This document shows positions 1 to 15,800 of a DNA stretch of 51,476 bases, in pieces (within the stretch, counting starts at the first letter, position 1; each line of letters starts with the position of its first letter). The position numbers and the translations under genes were made by a program. Under the pieces are notes generated by a model. That model searched no databases, was not told the DNA's origin, and worked only from the letters and a program-made list of their open reading frames with translations. This DNA comes from Atractiella rhizophila (Eukaryota), in the NCBI GenBank assembly GCA_021432655.1, contig MU271492.1:1-51476 (forward strand). The letters run 5' to 3'.

Positions 1-131
1 GCATTTTGTACCCAACTCCCAGTTAGGTGAGTTAAGGAGCAGGTCAGGTTGTAGTGTCGATTAATCCCATACTTGTCGCAGGAGAAGCTTGAAAACATGC
101 TGTACGTTGATCAGTTCTACCCAAATCTTAA

Positions 132-3053
<2,922 letters not shown>

Positions 3054-3156
3054 AGGATAGTGTTTCGTACATTCCTACTAAGTTATACCCTTGCATGAAT
3101 TCATTCATCCTGTTTTCTCGTCTCCCAAATGGTTGGCCTATTCGACACGATGGAAG

Positions 3157-6100
3157 TCAAGCCGTGTATCCTCCTGTGGATACACTAGGAGGTAACTCTC
3201 CCTGGTCCCAGGGCACAGGGTCTGGGCCTAGTTCGAACTCGAGAGTTCCGCCTCTCTTGATCTCATCGTGAGTGATCCAACTTCTATCAATCTTGTTTCC
3301 ATCCAAAGTGACGGATTGTACAAAGTAGGAGGTAGAGGAGAGGTTGTTAGCCCGAATAGTAAGCGTCGCCGGATGGTCCTCAGCGTTGGCCCCAACGGTG
3401 TTGGTGTAGATCCGAACTTTCATTTCCGAGAACCAGGGAGAGGAGAGGAGATAAAGTGGCTGTCCGGTGACGGGATACAGACCTGTCAACTTGGATGAGA
3501 AAATGAAAATTCTGCAGAGACAACGCAAACCCATGAATATCCAAGTCAAGTACGATTGCATAGAGCCTGCATCGCTATTTCCTAATATGATTCCACGAAA
3601 AGATTGGACCCCTTTCAAGTTATCAGGTGAAGGAATGGAAAGCGAACCTGGAAGACCGCTGCTGGATATTCCAAAGTAACGATTCACAATAGACCGGGTA
3701 ACGTTTACGGTCTTATATTGCTTTCCATTGACGTAGTTATACAGGAAAGGTGTCAGAAAGGACGGTTCATTTCCAACATTGTTCAAGCCTAGCTGGAAGG
3801 TAGTGTCGAGTCGACTGACGAAAGTGTCGTCTCCTCCCATCAGCGTTATGAGCTTGGCGATGTCGTGAGGCAAGCTTGATACGAATTCAGTTTCGATTGC
3901 AGGACAGTGAGAGTAAGCTGATCACCTGAAGCTGTATTCCCAAGGAGAAGCTTCGTACGTGTCTATGAAAATGTCATTCGTTAGTCCGAAGCAAAGCCTG
4001 CGTATTTACCGTCACCCCAATACCCAGCACTGTTTATGTTATAACCATTGGTGTTCCAAGCGCCATTAGCATCGCGAGGGCACATGAAACCACTAAAGCC
4101 CTGGTACGTGAGATTGGAATTCCACATGTTTGCCCACTGGCCACTTCGATTCAGATATTTCTGTGCGTCCTCCGTTCTCCCCAACCCGTTTGCAACAAGG
4201 TAGACACCAAAATCGTTGTATCTACAACCTATCATATTGTTGTCTGTTAGACAGTGAATGAAAATCTTACGAGTATTCAACAGCTCGACTGACGCTCCTC
4301 GTATAATTCCTGGTAATCCATCCCAGGTTAATCCAATCCGGCAACGCCCCTCGACCCTCTGTCGTACTCGATTCAGGAGAGTCGGGATCTCCAGTGTTGG
4401 GGGGCACAACCTCTGCATCTTGGAGCAGAGCTGGATAACCGCGCGCTTCCCACGGAATGGAGGATACTTCCGAAAGACCTTTCGAGAAAGCATCTCCAAG
4501 GACTACATCGGCATTCGAGCCACCTTGTACTCGGCCATTGTAGTTGGAGGAGCGTCCATCTTCAAATCAAGTCAGCAGGAGTTGAGCGAGTGACGACATG
4601 CCCTACCAGGCATCCATCCGTCAGCATAACTGAAAACGTTGATTAAAGATCGGACGATGTCGACATATCGGGACGTCCACAGAAGATGGAACAGCGGTGT
4701 GGAGGAACGAAATATATCCCCTTTTTTACAACCGTTCATATGCGTCCGTGTGACGAGCGTAAGAGAACATACAGATGGTATAGAAGTCATCATAAATTGG
4801 TTCATCCGCAGGCCAAGTACCAAACTCCGGAGGAATCTATTACCAATTAGTAGACAGGATAGGCCTGAGGCTGAGCCCTACCTCTCCCTGCCTGTCACTC
4901 GGAACCAAGCTCGTGTAGTACAAGCTGGTGTAGAGCATCGTGCTGCGAGTTGTGTTCTCCTGGACGTCGATTTGGATGCTGCTTAAAATATCATTGTTCC
5001 ACCTCTGTCTTCCTTGTGAGACAACATCGTCGACGTCGCCTTGTACCTCTTCTCGGATATTCGTGCAGGCCTGTTCGGTGGAGACGAAAGATACACCTAT
5101 CGTGCTTTCAACTAGCACCCCAGGCCCCGCGAAGGTGAATACCGCTCCTACTCCGGTATCATTTCCACCTACTTGGTGAAGCGACGTGCTGAGAGGAGGA
5201 GAAGAGGATGGAGGAGGATGTGAAAGACCTTGGTACGGCCACGTGTAGGTGGAAGCGTTACTTGGGACTGAGAAGTTTGCGCAGAAATAGATGGTCCATT
5301 TTGGGCCTAATTCAATGGTTATCAGTGTTATAGGGCGTAAGCAGGATGTGGGATAGATACTGCGGTTCCAACTCCCAGCGTAAGAGCCGCTCCCCCAGTA
5401 GCTCATTCCGTCCTCACTTACGTTGATCTCTCCACCTTCATATGTTTCCGGAAATAAGGCATATTCTCCAGAAAGGGCAGGAATGAAATGTGCAACATCC
5501 ACAATAACCTGCCCGTAATATCAACATCCTCAGACCGACTATGGTACAGCAGAAACATGCATTTGCCACTCCTTGCTCCGGGAACTGATAACGCAACAGA
5601 GCAACACGTCTCGTGGTTGTAGCAGTAACGTTTACGCCTGACTTGAGGACCGTGTTGTACCTTGAAACGGAGAAGCCTTCGAAAGAGCGCGCCTGTGAAT
5701 AGGTGCGGTTGTCCGCCAGATTGATGGACGAAAGAGATCCAACGTAAGGCATCTGCGCCACAACCCCATATCTACCCGCTGATTGCTTAGAAGAGCAGAT
5801 TCACCGGTTGATGTGCTTACTCACTTAGGAGTGCCTATTACTCCTGTTAGCTGGATCAAGATCACCACAACGAATGGAACCTCACCCCCTGTTCCATGTT
5901 CGTGCATCCTGGCATTTTTGCCTGCCCTCTCAGTGAAGACAGAGATTCGAGCAGGGAACTCACATGGAGAAAGCTGTCACATTCCCCCCTGAGTTCCAGC
6001 CAGCCGTCGAGCTTGACGTCCCTAAACAATCCGGCCCAACCTTCACCATTCCAAAAGGAACGGATGCACCTGGAAAGTCATTACCTCCGCCCGTTGTCCC

Positions 6101-6193
6101 AATGCGGATATCGACAAATTCGGTGTAATCCACAACTTGCGAAGAAACCTGGCGAAGGAAAGCGAGGAACAAAGTTGCTTTGCTCCAGAACAT
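3157..6193 (-). CDS. Secreted GH92 alpha-1,2-mannosidase (multi-exon)
   Basis: Hydrophobic signal MFWSKATLFLAFL; IGTTGGGNDFPGASVPFGMVKVGPD; DGRSSNYNGRVQGGSNAD; VGNEPSFLTPFLYNY; GLPGNSDAGSM; GLYPVTGQ; FVQSVTLDG...GGTLEFELG. Confidence 0.92.
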
Positions 6194-6711
6194 TATCACG
6201 ACAAGGGGATGGACGAGCGGACTCGGCTTTTGAAGGGTTGAGTTGCTTTTGAAGGTTTGCGTCAGCACGCGTCGGACCATGTTTCTGTATTTACTCTGGC
6301 AATGAACACGCGGTGGCTAGCGGGATCCAGGATCCAGCTAGCTTGCGGAGAAGAAGCGCAGGAGAGGTGCGGGTGAAAGATGTCACAGATGTCATCACAC
6401 GAGCTTATGGGAGAAGCAGAGACCAGGCGAAGATATCACGAGAGAACGTTTTCATAATATTGGGACAGGGTTGAACGGGTGCGACCAAACTTGTTCAGTC
6501 GGTAAACGTGCGCAAGCGGGAGGAAGAACCTTGAACTCGTTCGAGATGTTGCGATCAGCGACAAGCACGCTGCTTCGATTGGATCTTCATTTTCCATCGT
6601 TTTGCCTTGAACTCATGAGTGTAAAGTCCACAATCCTGCTCCCACGGTTGCTACTATAAGCTGGGAAGAGCGACATACTCCTGTGGTAAAAAATGGAGTT
6701 GATTCGCGCGC

Positions 6712-8031
6712 CTATGTCACAACGACGAGTTCAAATGAATATTCAGCTGACAGGCGCTTCAAACGTTCCAAGGTCTGTTTTTCAAGGCGTGTCCCTTGAA
6801 CAGAAACACTCTTCAGGGCAGGAAGATATTTGGATGTGATCGCGTCGTCCAACCCAGCTATGACTGCAGATACCTCAACCATTCGATCACCCAAATGATG
6901 GAAAGCAAATGCCATGCTCCCGTTGTTCAAGCGTACAAACTCTTCGTCTAAGTTCCACGAGCCAACGGTCAATGTCTCCAGACGAGATCCAAGATTCTCG
7001 AAAATGTCACTATATGTGACTTCATGTTTTGCTTGTCCACCGCAATGAAGGTAAATAAGTCGCAGGCTTGGAGTGGCGAGCAGAAATGTGGTCAAAGAAG
7101 TGACAGAGTTGTAAAGGAGTTTTAAATAACTGACTTCGTCCTCCATTTGCGGACTGACACAGAAGCTTGAAAGTCGGAACTGACATGTCGGAAAATCAGA
7201 AGAAAGTGGGAGGCAGTTCGTGATATACAAAGAGGAAAGATCGGCTAAACCGGGGAGATTAGGAAAGGCAGATTCCAGAGACCAACGTTCTGCCTCGTTT
7301 AGACCAACGAACCGAAGTGAGAGCTCCACGACTGAGGTTGGGAGGGCAAAGTTCTTGGGAGGAAGTTGAAAACTCCAGTCAAGCTTTTTCAGGTAGGACA
7401 AGGCTGTAAACTTTTCTTTCGCTGCCTCTTCAAGAATCCCTTCGACACGGTGCAAGGTGAGGGTTCTCAACAAGAACGACGGAAGATGCAGAGGTTCGAG
7501 GTTGTCGAGCACGGGGAGCCAAAGCTCTGTGAGGGCAGTGCTTTCGTGGAGATAGGGAAATAACACGTTCATCGTGGAGTCCGATTCTTCTGAAACGGGA
7601 CCATTGCAGAAAGTGAGCCGACGTAGTTGTGGGAATGGCGGGAACTTGAAGGCAGTCAAATCTATCCGTGGGAGCGGCGATGCAAACCAGAGTGTGGTAA
7701 GATTGGCAGAGACAGCTCTGACGACATCAAAAATTGTTGTATAGTCCTCGTTTCTAATGGCTGCATCTCCAAGGTGGAAATCTCCCCTACCCAAGGACAA
7801 GTGACGAAGGTTTTCGAGTCGCACAGTACCTATCAGGTCACGTTGATGTCGACCACGCTGCTCATACCAAGGGACTTTGTCGGAAGAATCAAATAGATAG
7901 AGTTTGAGTACACGTCGTCGCTCCAATATAGGCTGAGCAAGCGCATGCCATGTTCGAGAAACTCGAGAAGAAATGGAAAGTTCGGATTTTGAAAGATTGA
8001 GAAGTACTAAATGGAGGATATCGTCCAGCAT
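6712..8031 (-). CDS. F-box protein with LRR/RNI-like C-terminal region
   Basis: About 440-codon open frame with N-terminal LDDILHLVLLNLSKSELSISSRVSRTWHALA (F-box consensus) followed by LxxLxL repeats. The exact start is uncertain. Confidence 0.7.
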   Translation of the reverse strand: MLDDILHLVLLNLSKSELSISSRVSRTWHALAQPILERRRVLKLYLFDSSDKVPWYEQRGRHQRDLIGTVRLENLRHLSLGRGDFHLGDAAIRNEDYTTIFDVVRAVSANLTTLWFASPLPRIDLTAFKFPPFPQLRRLTFCNGPVSEESDSTMNVLFPYLHESTALTELWLPVLDNLEPLHLPSFLLRTLTLHRVEGILEEAAKEKFTALSYLKKLDWSFQLPPKNFALPTSVVELSLRFVGLNEAERWSLESAFPNLPGLADLSSLYITNCLPLSSDFPTCQFRLSSFCVSPQMEDEVSYLKLLYNSVTSLTTFLLATPSLRLIYLHCGGQAKHEVTYSDIFENLGSRLETLTVGSWNLDEEFVRLNNGSMAFAFHHLGDRMVEVSAVIAGLDDAITSKYLPALKSVSVQGTRLEKQTLERLKRLSAEYSFELVVVT

Positions 8032-8969
8032 GACAACGATCGGCGCGCCTATCGGTGCTTGCAATCTACAACTCGAGTTGAGTATCCAGATTTCAGTACA
8101 TCAATGCTCACTGACATAGAGTGACATGATTTGTCAAGCATAGGCAATCACAAAAAACCTGATTAAAGATTGAACTGGTCCCAAAACAATCAGAGTCGAG
8201 TAGCGTGGTATGACAATAGGGAGTCAATATTCGATTGTCGACAGTTAAGTAACGTTCTTTTGCGGTATTCTCGAGAAAGTGCCGTAATTCATTCTACCAG
8301 GCTCCCCCCCGCACAGCCACGACAGCGTAAAGGTCCGAACCCTATGTAGCTTTGAATATCGAGGTTGTTTGTTCATTGCTTTTAAACGCAGATCTTTGTG
8401 CTTTGCGATAATAATACTGTAAACAATCTCGAACGGCGTGGCTAGCTTTGAGATTTGCGAATCTCCATTTTCATTATCTGTGATGATCATATGGTGGGAA
8501 AATGTGCTAGTAACGCTTAACGCCATAACTCGTCGCAGCTTGGCCGTTCATTCTCACAATCTTGCTCAAAGCCAATTGGCTTCTTCCCAGACCCATTTTG
8601 AGGTGGAAACCACGCGAGATTCCACCAGCAGAGCACCAAGACCTTTCTCCGTCTCTGACTTTCACTAAGGCGTCATCACGCGCTCGTAAGTTGGCAGCAC
8701 ACTTTCTACGCCTTCCTAAACAAACTCGTTCCTGCTTGCTGGAACTGAAGAGATGGAGGAAGCAGAGAACACGTTGTTTTTCTGTGGACCTTTCTGGTCG
8801 ATTGGTTATTGATCCGTTCTACCTCTCTGACTTTTGACTTGACTTCCACTCGCTTCCTGGTTCGTTTTCAATCATATATTATGCGAAGATGATTAACTTT
8901 TCACATCAGAATGCTAATAACATATTACATTGACACGATTCAGATTGTGATCGTCATCTAATACGACAA

Positions 8970-9601
8970 TCAATGCTCTCCCTCAACTTTGTGGTCGACG
9001 GCCTGTTTTGCTTTTGTTGTCTCCGTATTATAAGTTTGTTTAGCCTAACCATTCATTATCACATGAATACCTTCCGATAAATCAGTAGGAATGAGCTTAC
9101 CTTCTCTGCTCCTACATTCACAGCTCCTTTAGCCTTCTCAGCTCCAACGCTTGCTGCCCCCTTAGCCTTCTCCGCTCCAACTTTAGCGCTTCCAGTCGCC
9201 TAATTCCCGCCATATCCCATCAACATTTCCTCACGAATCGAGACGGGGACAACGTACGGAATGTGCGCTCGATTTCATTTCGTCTACTGCGTCAGAAGCG
9301 ACATCTTTCCCCATCCCAACAGCGCTCTTCGCTTTGTTTGCGACAGTCTCAGCAGCATCGATACCTTTCACAGCTGCGTTGCCAGCTGCCCGATTCAGCT
9401 TGTGTTATATACAATGTCAGCTCGTCTGTTCCGGAATATGAACGAGGGAGGGGGACAACGTACTTTATCTGCTCCTTCCTTGACTTTTCCCGTCACTGTG
9501 TTATCTCCGACCCATCTTGATGTCGAAAACTGAGCCTGGTAAGTTCGAATGGCAGGTGTGACAGCTCGTGCTGAACGGCGGAGGAAGAGAGATGAAGACA
9601 T
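8970..9601 (-). CDS. Small LEA-like (hydrophilin) protein with probable mitochondrial presequence
   Basis: Four exons: MSSSLFLRRSARAVTPAIRTYQAQFSTSRW, then Ala/Lys/Gly-rich sequence with repeated VGAEKAKGA units, ending KQAVDHKVEGEH*. Confidence 0.65.
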
Positions 9602-9987
9602 GATTATGAGTTCGTAAATTGAGTAATGCGTTTATTTGTCGATGAGTGCTGATATGCTGAGTGAGTACTTTTGAGGAGCGAAGAAGGAGCCCCTTTTATA
9701 GGGAAGAGGGGAAGCTTGAGGACGTCAAACGCTTCCCGGCGTGACGTCACACCTTGAGAATCATTGCCTGAATGCATGCACGCGTAAATGCCGGCGTTCG
9801 ATCCACAATCCGGGAACTTTGAAGACCGATCGATTATTCTGCTCTCTCGTGTCTCAAACTGGTAGGTATCGACTGGCATAATATCACTGGCTGCGATTAC
9901 CTACTGAAGCTGGAAATATATATCTAACTAGCCAAGGTCAGCTCCAATTTCTCAACAGGATGGCCGGCGAAACTGACATTGTAACAG

Positions 9988-12457
9988 ATGGGCATCCTCG
10001 AAAAAATAAAAGCTATCGAAGGTCCTCTCCTCCTTCATCATGGCTCTGATCTTAGGTTGATACTCACTATGTGTGGCATAACAGATGAAATGGCACGCAC
10101 CCAAAAGAACAAAGCGACTGAGTACCATCTGGGTCTGCTGAAGGCCAAACTAGCAAAATATCGCATGCAGTTGTTAGAGCCATCGAGCAAAAGCTCGAAG
10201 CCGGGGGAGGTGTGTCTTCATATGGATTAAGAGATGTCCACTAGTACCGATCCGTGATGGATTGATGCTAGGGATTTGATGTGATGAAATCCGGCGATGC
10301 GCGAGTCGCACTCATTGTGCGTCGTCTTCTTCATTTATCTCTCGTGTAAATTATTGACGAGAACCCATGCTGAGATAGGGATTTCCCTCTGTTGGAAAAT
10401 CCACATTGTTGTCGAAAATGACAAAGACTACCTCCACTGTAGCAGCGTACGAATACACCACTCTGACAGCAATACCAGGCATGTTTCCTTCCGTTCCACA
10501 TCTCTCCCTTAACTTTCTGACGTGGGCATTTCATTTATTAATTGCAGGTGTAATGGAGATTTCTGGCGCGCGTGTACAGCGTCAGTTCTCTTCCCTCCAC
10601 TACCTTTATCACTCAGCCAATGTGCTCCACCGCACAGTCCTCGACCTCCCTGGAATCATAGAGGGAGCAGCCTCCGGACGTGGTCGTGGACGGCAGGTTG
10701 TGGCAGTCGCAAAAACAGCGGATCTGATATTGATGATGCTGGACGTTACGAAGTACGTGAGCTTTCCACCACCTCCCCATCCCTCACCTCCTTCGAACAT
10801 CAAGTTGGCTGACTCGAAATTGGTATGGCGTCCTTGTCATTTGTCATGAAGAGGGGATGAGCAACGAAAGAAACTTGAGTTCGAACTTGAGGAAGTAGGG
10901 ATACGTCTAAACGCAGCTAAACCAGACAGTGAGCATTCCTCCCGTTTCAATACTACCTTCCTTCGTTCCATTCCGAAGTTGACAAATGTCGCAGTTGTAT
11001 TCAAACAGAAAGTTCGTTCCCGTTATCCTTCTCGCACAACACAAACGTATAAAAATTGATGTCGCCATGGATGATTGGATGTGAAGGCAGCAGGAGGAAT
11101 CACGATCAATAACACCGTGCCGTTGACGCATCTAAATGAGAGGATGATAAGGCAGATCCTGCAGGGTTACAAGATGCACAACTGCGATGTTATGATACGG
11201 CAGGATGTGCGATAGAGTTCGAACTTGAAGAAGTGGGGATACGCCTAAACGCAGCGAAACCAGACAGTGAGTACTCCTTCCGTTTCGCTACTACCTTCGT
11301 TCCATTCCAAAGTTGACGAATGTCTCAGTTGTATTCAAACAGAAAGTCCGTCCTCTCCTTCTCGCATAAACACAAACGGATAAAATTGATGTCGCCACGG
11401 ATGATTGGGATGTGAAGGCAGCAGGAGGAATCACGATCAATAACACCGTGCCGTTGACGCATCTAAATGAGAGGATGATAAGGCAGATCCTGCAGGGTTA
11501 CAAGATGCACAACTGCGATGTTATGATACGGCAGGATGTGCGATGTCTCATTGCTCCAACTAATGTATGGGAGTGTGACCTTGAGATCGGTGATGCAGGT
11601 GACGGTTGATGATTTTGTGGATGTGTTGTTGGGGAACCGGAAATACATCCGGTGTCTGTATTGCTATAACAAGGTACGAAGAGCTCTGATCCTTCTTTGT
11701 TATTATATTTATACAGGTTATTACAGATAGACTCCATTTCGCTTGAAATGGTGGATAAATATGCGCGCATGCCGAACTCCATCGTCATCTCTTGCGAGAT
11801 GGACCTAAACCTAGACGGCCTTACCGAACGGTGCGTGTCTTTGTTCATTAGTGTTTATCTGCTGACAGCCTCGCAGGATATGGGAGTACCTAGGTTCGTC
11901 TGCCTTCGCCTCCTGAAGCGGAAGGAAGCCAACGATGATGGGACGGGGTGAAGCACTCAATCGAATATATACGAAGAAGCGGGGAGTCCCTCCTGACCTG
12001 ACGGAACCACTGGTGGTGCGTCAAAATGCAACAGTTGAGATCGTGGTACGCCATCTTCTACCTACATGCCACTGCCTGCCATCCACTGCATCGTTTGTCA
12101 TATTCACGCAACGAATCCCTGAAACTCTCTCATAACAGTGCCACCGGATCCATCGGACGCTTGCGAGTCAGTTCAAATACGCTCTGGTTTGGGTACGTTA
12201 CATATCTCTTGCCTCATAAAGCTGCACCCCCACTGATTGCATCCTGATTGAAGGGGAAGAGCTCCAAGTTCTCGCCGCAGCCTCAAAAAGTGGTCAGTCC
12301 TCCTTTCCTCTTCTCCTTTCCAAATTATGAACCTGAAGGGTGCATGGTTCAAGGGATTGAATCACGTCGTTGGGCCAGGTATGTTGCCCTTCTTTTGCAC
12401 TGCTACATGGGAACTAAACAGTCACCAGACGACATTATCAGCATCTTCACCAAATGA
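9988..12457 (+). CDS. RBG2: Developmentally regulated GTP-binding protein 2 (Rbg2/DRG2), many small exons
   Basis: [76 protein letters not shown], and a TGS domain (IYTKKRG...FKYALVWG). Contains an internal duplicate at 10877-11544. Confidence 0.95.
10877..11544 (+). repeat. Tandem duplicate of about 335 bp inside RBG2 (10877-11213 / 11215-11544)
   Basis: Both copies start gagttcgaacttga and end gcaggatgtgcgat. The 5' parts differ, the 3' part is identical, and a single 'a' separates them. Confidence 0.9.
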
Positions 12458-12800
12458 ATGACTGCGATGTCTAACAGGGACCCCGACGGATGGATTCTGG
12501 GGGACTATTGGCCTGGTTGTAGTATATTGCACCGTTCAGGTTTGCTGTTTGTTTGCGAAGAATTCGAAGAAATGTCGTGATCATTATGCAGAGAATGTAC
12601 TACGTGAATGGTTGTTCAGAATACGGAGAAAAGGCTGAAGTGCGAGATTGACTAGAACAGAGATATCGTCACTTCCCAAATCCCAGCACGGATTTACCTC
12701 CTGAAAAAATCCATAATGCTACATCAGCATGAGCAAAAGTACACAGAAAAGCTTGCTTGAAGAACAAAAAGAAATTGAAGAGCGTCGAAATTTACGATGG

Positions 12801-15800
12801 TTATTTTTTAAGTTTCTTTGGCTTTTTGATTGCCCTACAACCATTTGTCAGCGGTGTGGAAATGAACGGGATGAAGACGTACCTCCCAAGGTTGGTCTGT
12901 TCGAAGGACCAGTCCTTTGGAATCTCAACGAAAACGTGTTGAAGGAGTCGAGCAGCAGTGGGACGTTGTTCGGAATCACTGCAGAATCGAGGAGGCAGGT
13001 CAGCGAAATACATCTACTTGAAGATAGATTGAAGATAGAGGCATACACGATGAAACAATTGGAAAGGAAATGTGCAGCAACTTGAGATAAAGTCACGTCG
13101 GAGGGAACTGGAGGTGCAAGTCTCTCAGCTCCTAGCTTAAACATGGCCTGTATGGCCTCCTCGTCGGACCACGGACGACGACCACAGAACATTTCGAGAA
13201 CCACGCATCCCAAACTCCAGATGTCAATTTTGGCGCTATATCCCTTTTTCTGATTTGAAACTACTTCAGGGGCCATCTGCAATGCATGGTTTAGGACGTG
13301 AAGGTAATAGTAATAAAACACGTACCCAAAAAATGGATCCTTGGAGAGACATGTTGGCATTGATCTCGTAGATGTTGTCAGAACGCTTGGAGATACCAAA
13401 ATCCGAAATCTTGCACACGCCAGCCAGATCGACCAGAATATTGTCGGCTTTCAAATCCTATTGAAATGGATCAGCTGTGGTTGCAGAAGGGGTTCAAAGA
13501 TCTCACCCTGTGCAAGATATTCTTTGTGTGAAGGTATTCCAATCCATCCAGAATTTGACTCGTGAAGGATTTAACAACTGACTCTTCGAACTTCCCATGC
13601 TTACGCAAACAACGTCCGACGGAACCGCCAGTGACGTACTCAAGAAAGACATTGAGGTTCAGATCTGTTCGTTCCATGCCGAGATACTGCACAATATTGG
13701 GATGATCCAAGTCTTTGAGCAGCTCGACCTCCGACACCAATGCATCGACAACACCAGTTTGCCGTTTGTCTTCTCTATCGCTATCGGTTTGAGGGATAGC
13801 AACTTGTTTAACAGCTAACATTTCTCCTGTCGTAGCGTTCAACGCGAGGTAGACTTGTCCATAAGTTCCCTTCCCGATCAAGTCTCCCTTCACCCACTTG
13901 AATGACAGATTGGCGGCCTCTTCTTCTGTGGGGGACTCTGGAATAGCGTTCATCGCAGGTTGTTTGCGCATACGGGCAGCGGCTCCAGGCGTCACTTCTT
14001 CCATCTTGCTCCCCCAAAGCTTTGTGCTCTTCCTTCTCAACAATCCTGCCCCGCCTCCCGCACCAGCACCTACAGCAGGAACGTCCTTCATCATGCCCGC
14101 CTTCTGTAGCCTTTTCCTTCCATCCTGAGCAATACGGCGGATCGATTTCTTGTGGCCAATCCCTCTAGAAGGCGGCGCTAGACCCTGCGCAGGGGGCTTT
14201 TCTGTGGTTGGAGAGGAAGAGGATGAATCCTCCGTCGAAGCTGCGCCAGCAGCAGCCGTATCGATGAACTCTTTATCGAGATCATGATCTGGAAAGAACT
14301 CTTCCATGTGCTCGTAAACATCTTCGACAGAAGGTCGGAATGCCCAATTGTCTTTCTCACCACGCACAGCAAACGAGGTCTTCCTTACGATCGGTGAACC
14401 TGAACCAGTACTCGAGTTCGAGCTCGAGGTGTTGTTGCGTCGAGGGCCCCTCCTGCCTGAAGGGCGCAAGTGTTCCTGCGGCTGCTCGTCTTCCTGAGGA
14501 GACCTCGCAGTGCGTAGGACTGCAGAAGCCTGAGAAGCTGAAGCAGGTCCTTTACCGTCGATCGGCAAACCCATAGTCAATTTAAGGGACGGCTTCTCTT
14601 TCATGTTGAGACCACCAGGGATAGTGGGCAAAGGACGGACGGAAGGAGTGCTTGGGGTGGAAGAGCTGGACGAAGAAGCCGGGATGACGACAGAAGTTGG
14701 CGGGCGAACCCAAGTCCCACCACTACCATCATCTTCATCTTCGTCGGAACCATCATCTTCAATGAAGGCGACCCCTCCTCCGGAATTGTCATCGTCTACG
14801 AGGGTCTGATCCTCGTCCTTGTTGTCATCCGGCTTGGGAGGGTCGGCAAACTTAACTTTTGGTGGATTAGCTTCATCCTTCAAGGTCCCCTCGCCATCCT
14901 CGTTCATTGACTGGATTCGACTCAACATTTTGTTCATGTCGTCCGCCTTCATGGTCCCTTCTCCCTCCTCACCTTCTTCCTTTGCTTTGTCATCTTTCTC
15001 TTTTGAAGGCGGTGGACGAATCCAAGTACTTCCGTCGACATCATCCTCATCAGAGTCATCGTCTCCTTCAATGGACCAGGGCTGATCAGCTTCCACAGTG
15101 GTAGTATCAAGCGTCGACTCCACTGCCTTCTTCAAGCTGAGATCCGTAGCAGGAGTCGAAGGAGCGCTATGGTCGCTTCTGCGAGAGGCGGCGCTACCTG
15201 GACGTTGCATGCCGTCGTACGGGCCCTCTTCATTAGCGCGTTGCATGGAGGAGGAAGAGCCGGAACTCTTTTCGGACGGCGCACGCACTCGGTTGGGAAT
15301 GGTAAGTGGGGGTGTTGTGCCTGGCGCAGGCGGAGGCTGACGAAGAGCGTGAGGATATCCTTGAGGTTCTGCAGGTAGGGAACGGGCTCCTTGGGGATGT
15401 GGAGCACGAGGACCATTGGCGCGAGGAATATCGGGGCTCGATTGAATCTGTGGCATGATACGTCAGCTAAAGTCAGCTCTGTTTGGGAAACGACGAACCT
15501 GCTGATTCCCTGGTCTCTCCTGTGAATAAGGCGAGCTTCCTGGTGGTCGACCGTAAGGGCTGGGCGCGTAATTCTGCTGACCGTCTGCGCGATAGAATGA
15601 ATTAGATGGAGGGTTTGAACCTCCCAGAGCGTTGGCAACATTGGGACCATATATAGAACTTGGCGCTGGTGGCTGATATCGACCAGCCAACATATTCGCA
15701 TTCGCACTCACATGTCGCGCAATAAAAGGTCCCTGAGGTCCATATCCTCCAGGCGGTCCAGGGCTCTTGCTTCTCCCATCTCCAGGAGGAGCTGCATTAG

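Noticed and set aside
10877..11544. Mutually exclusive exons in RBG2
   Set aside because: Both copies encode the same peptide, the duplicate starts mid-exon, and it has the same A-spacer signature as the other probable assembly duplications.
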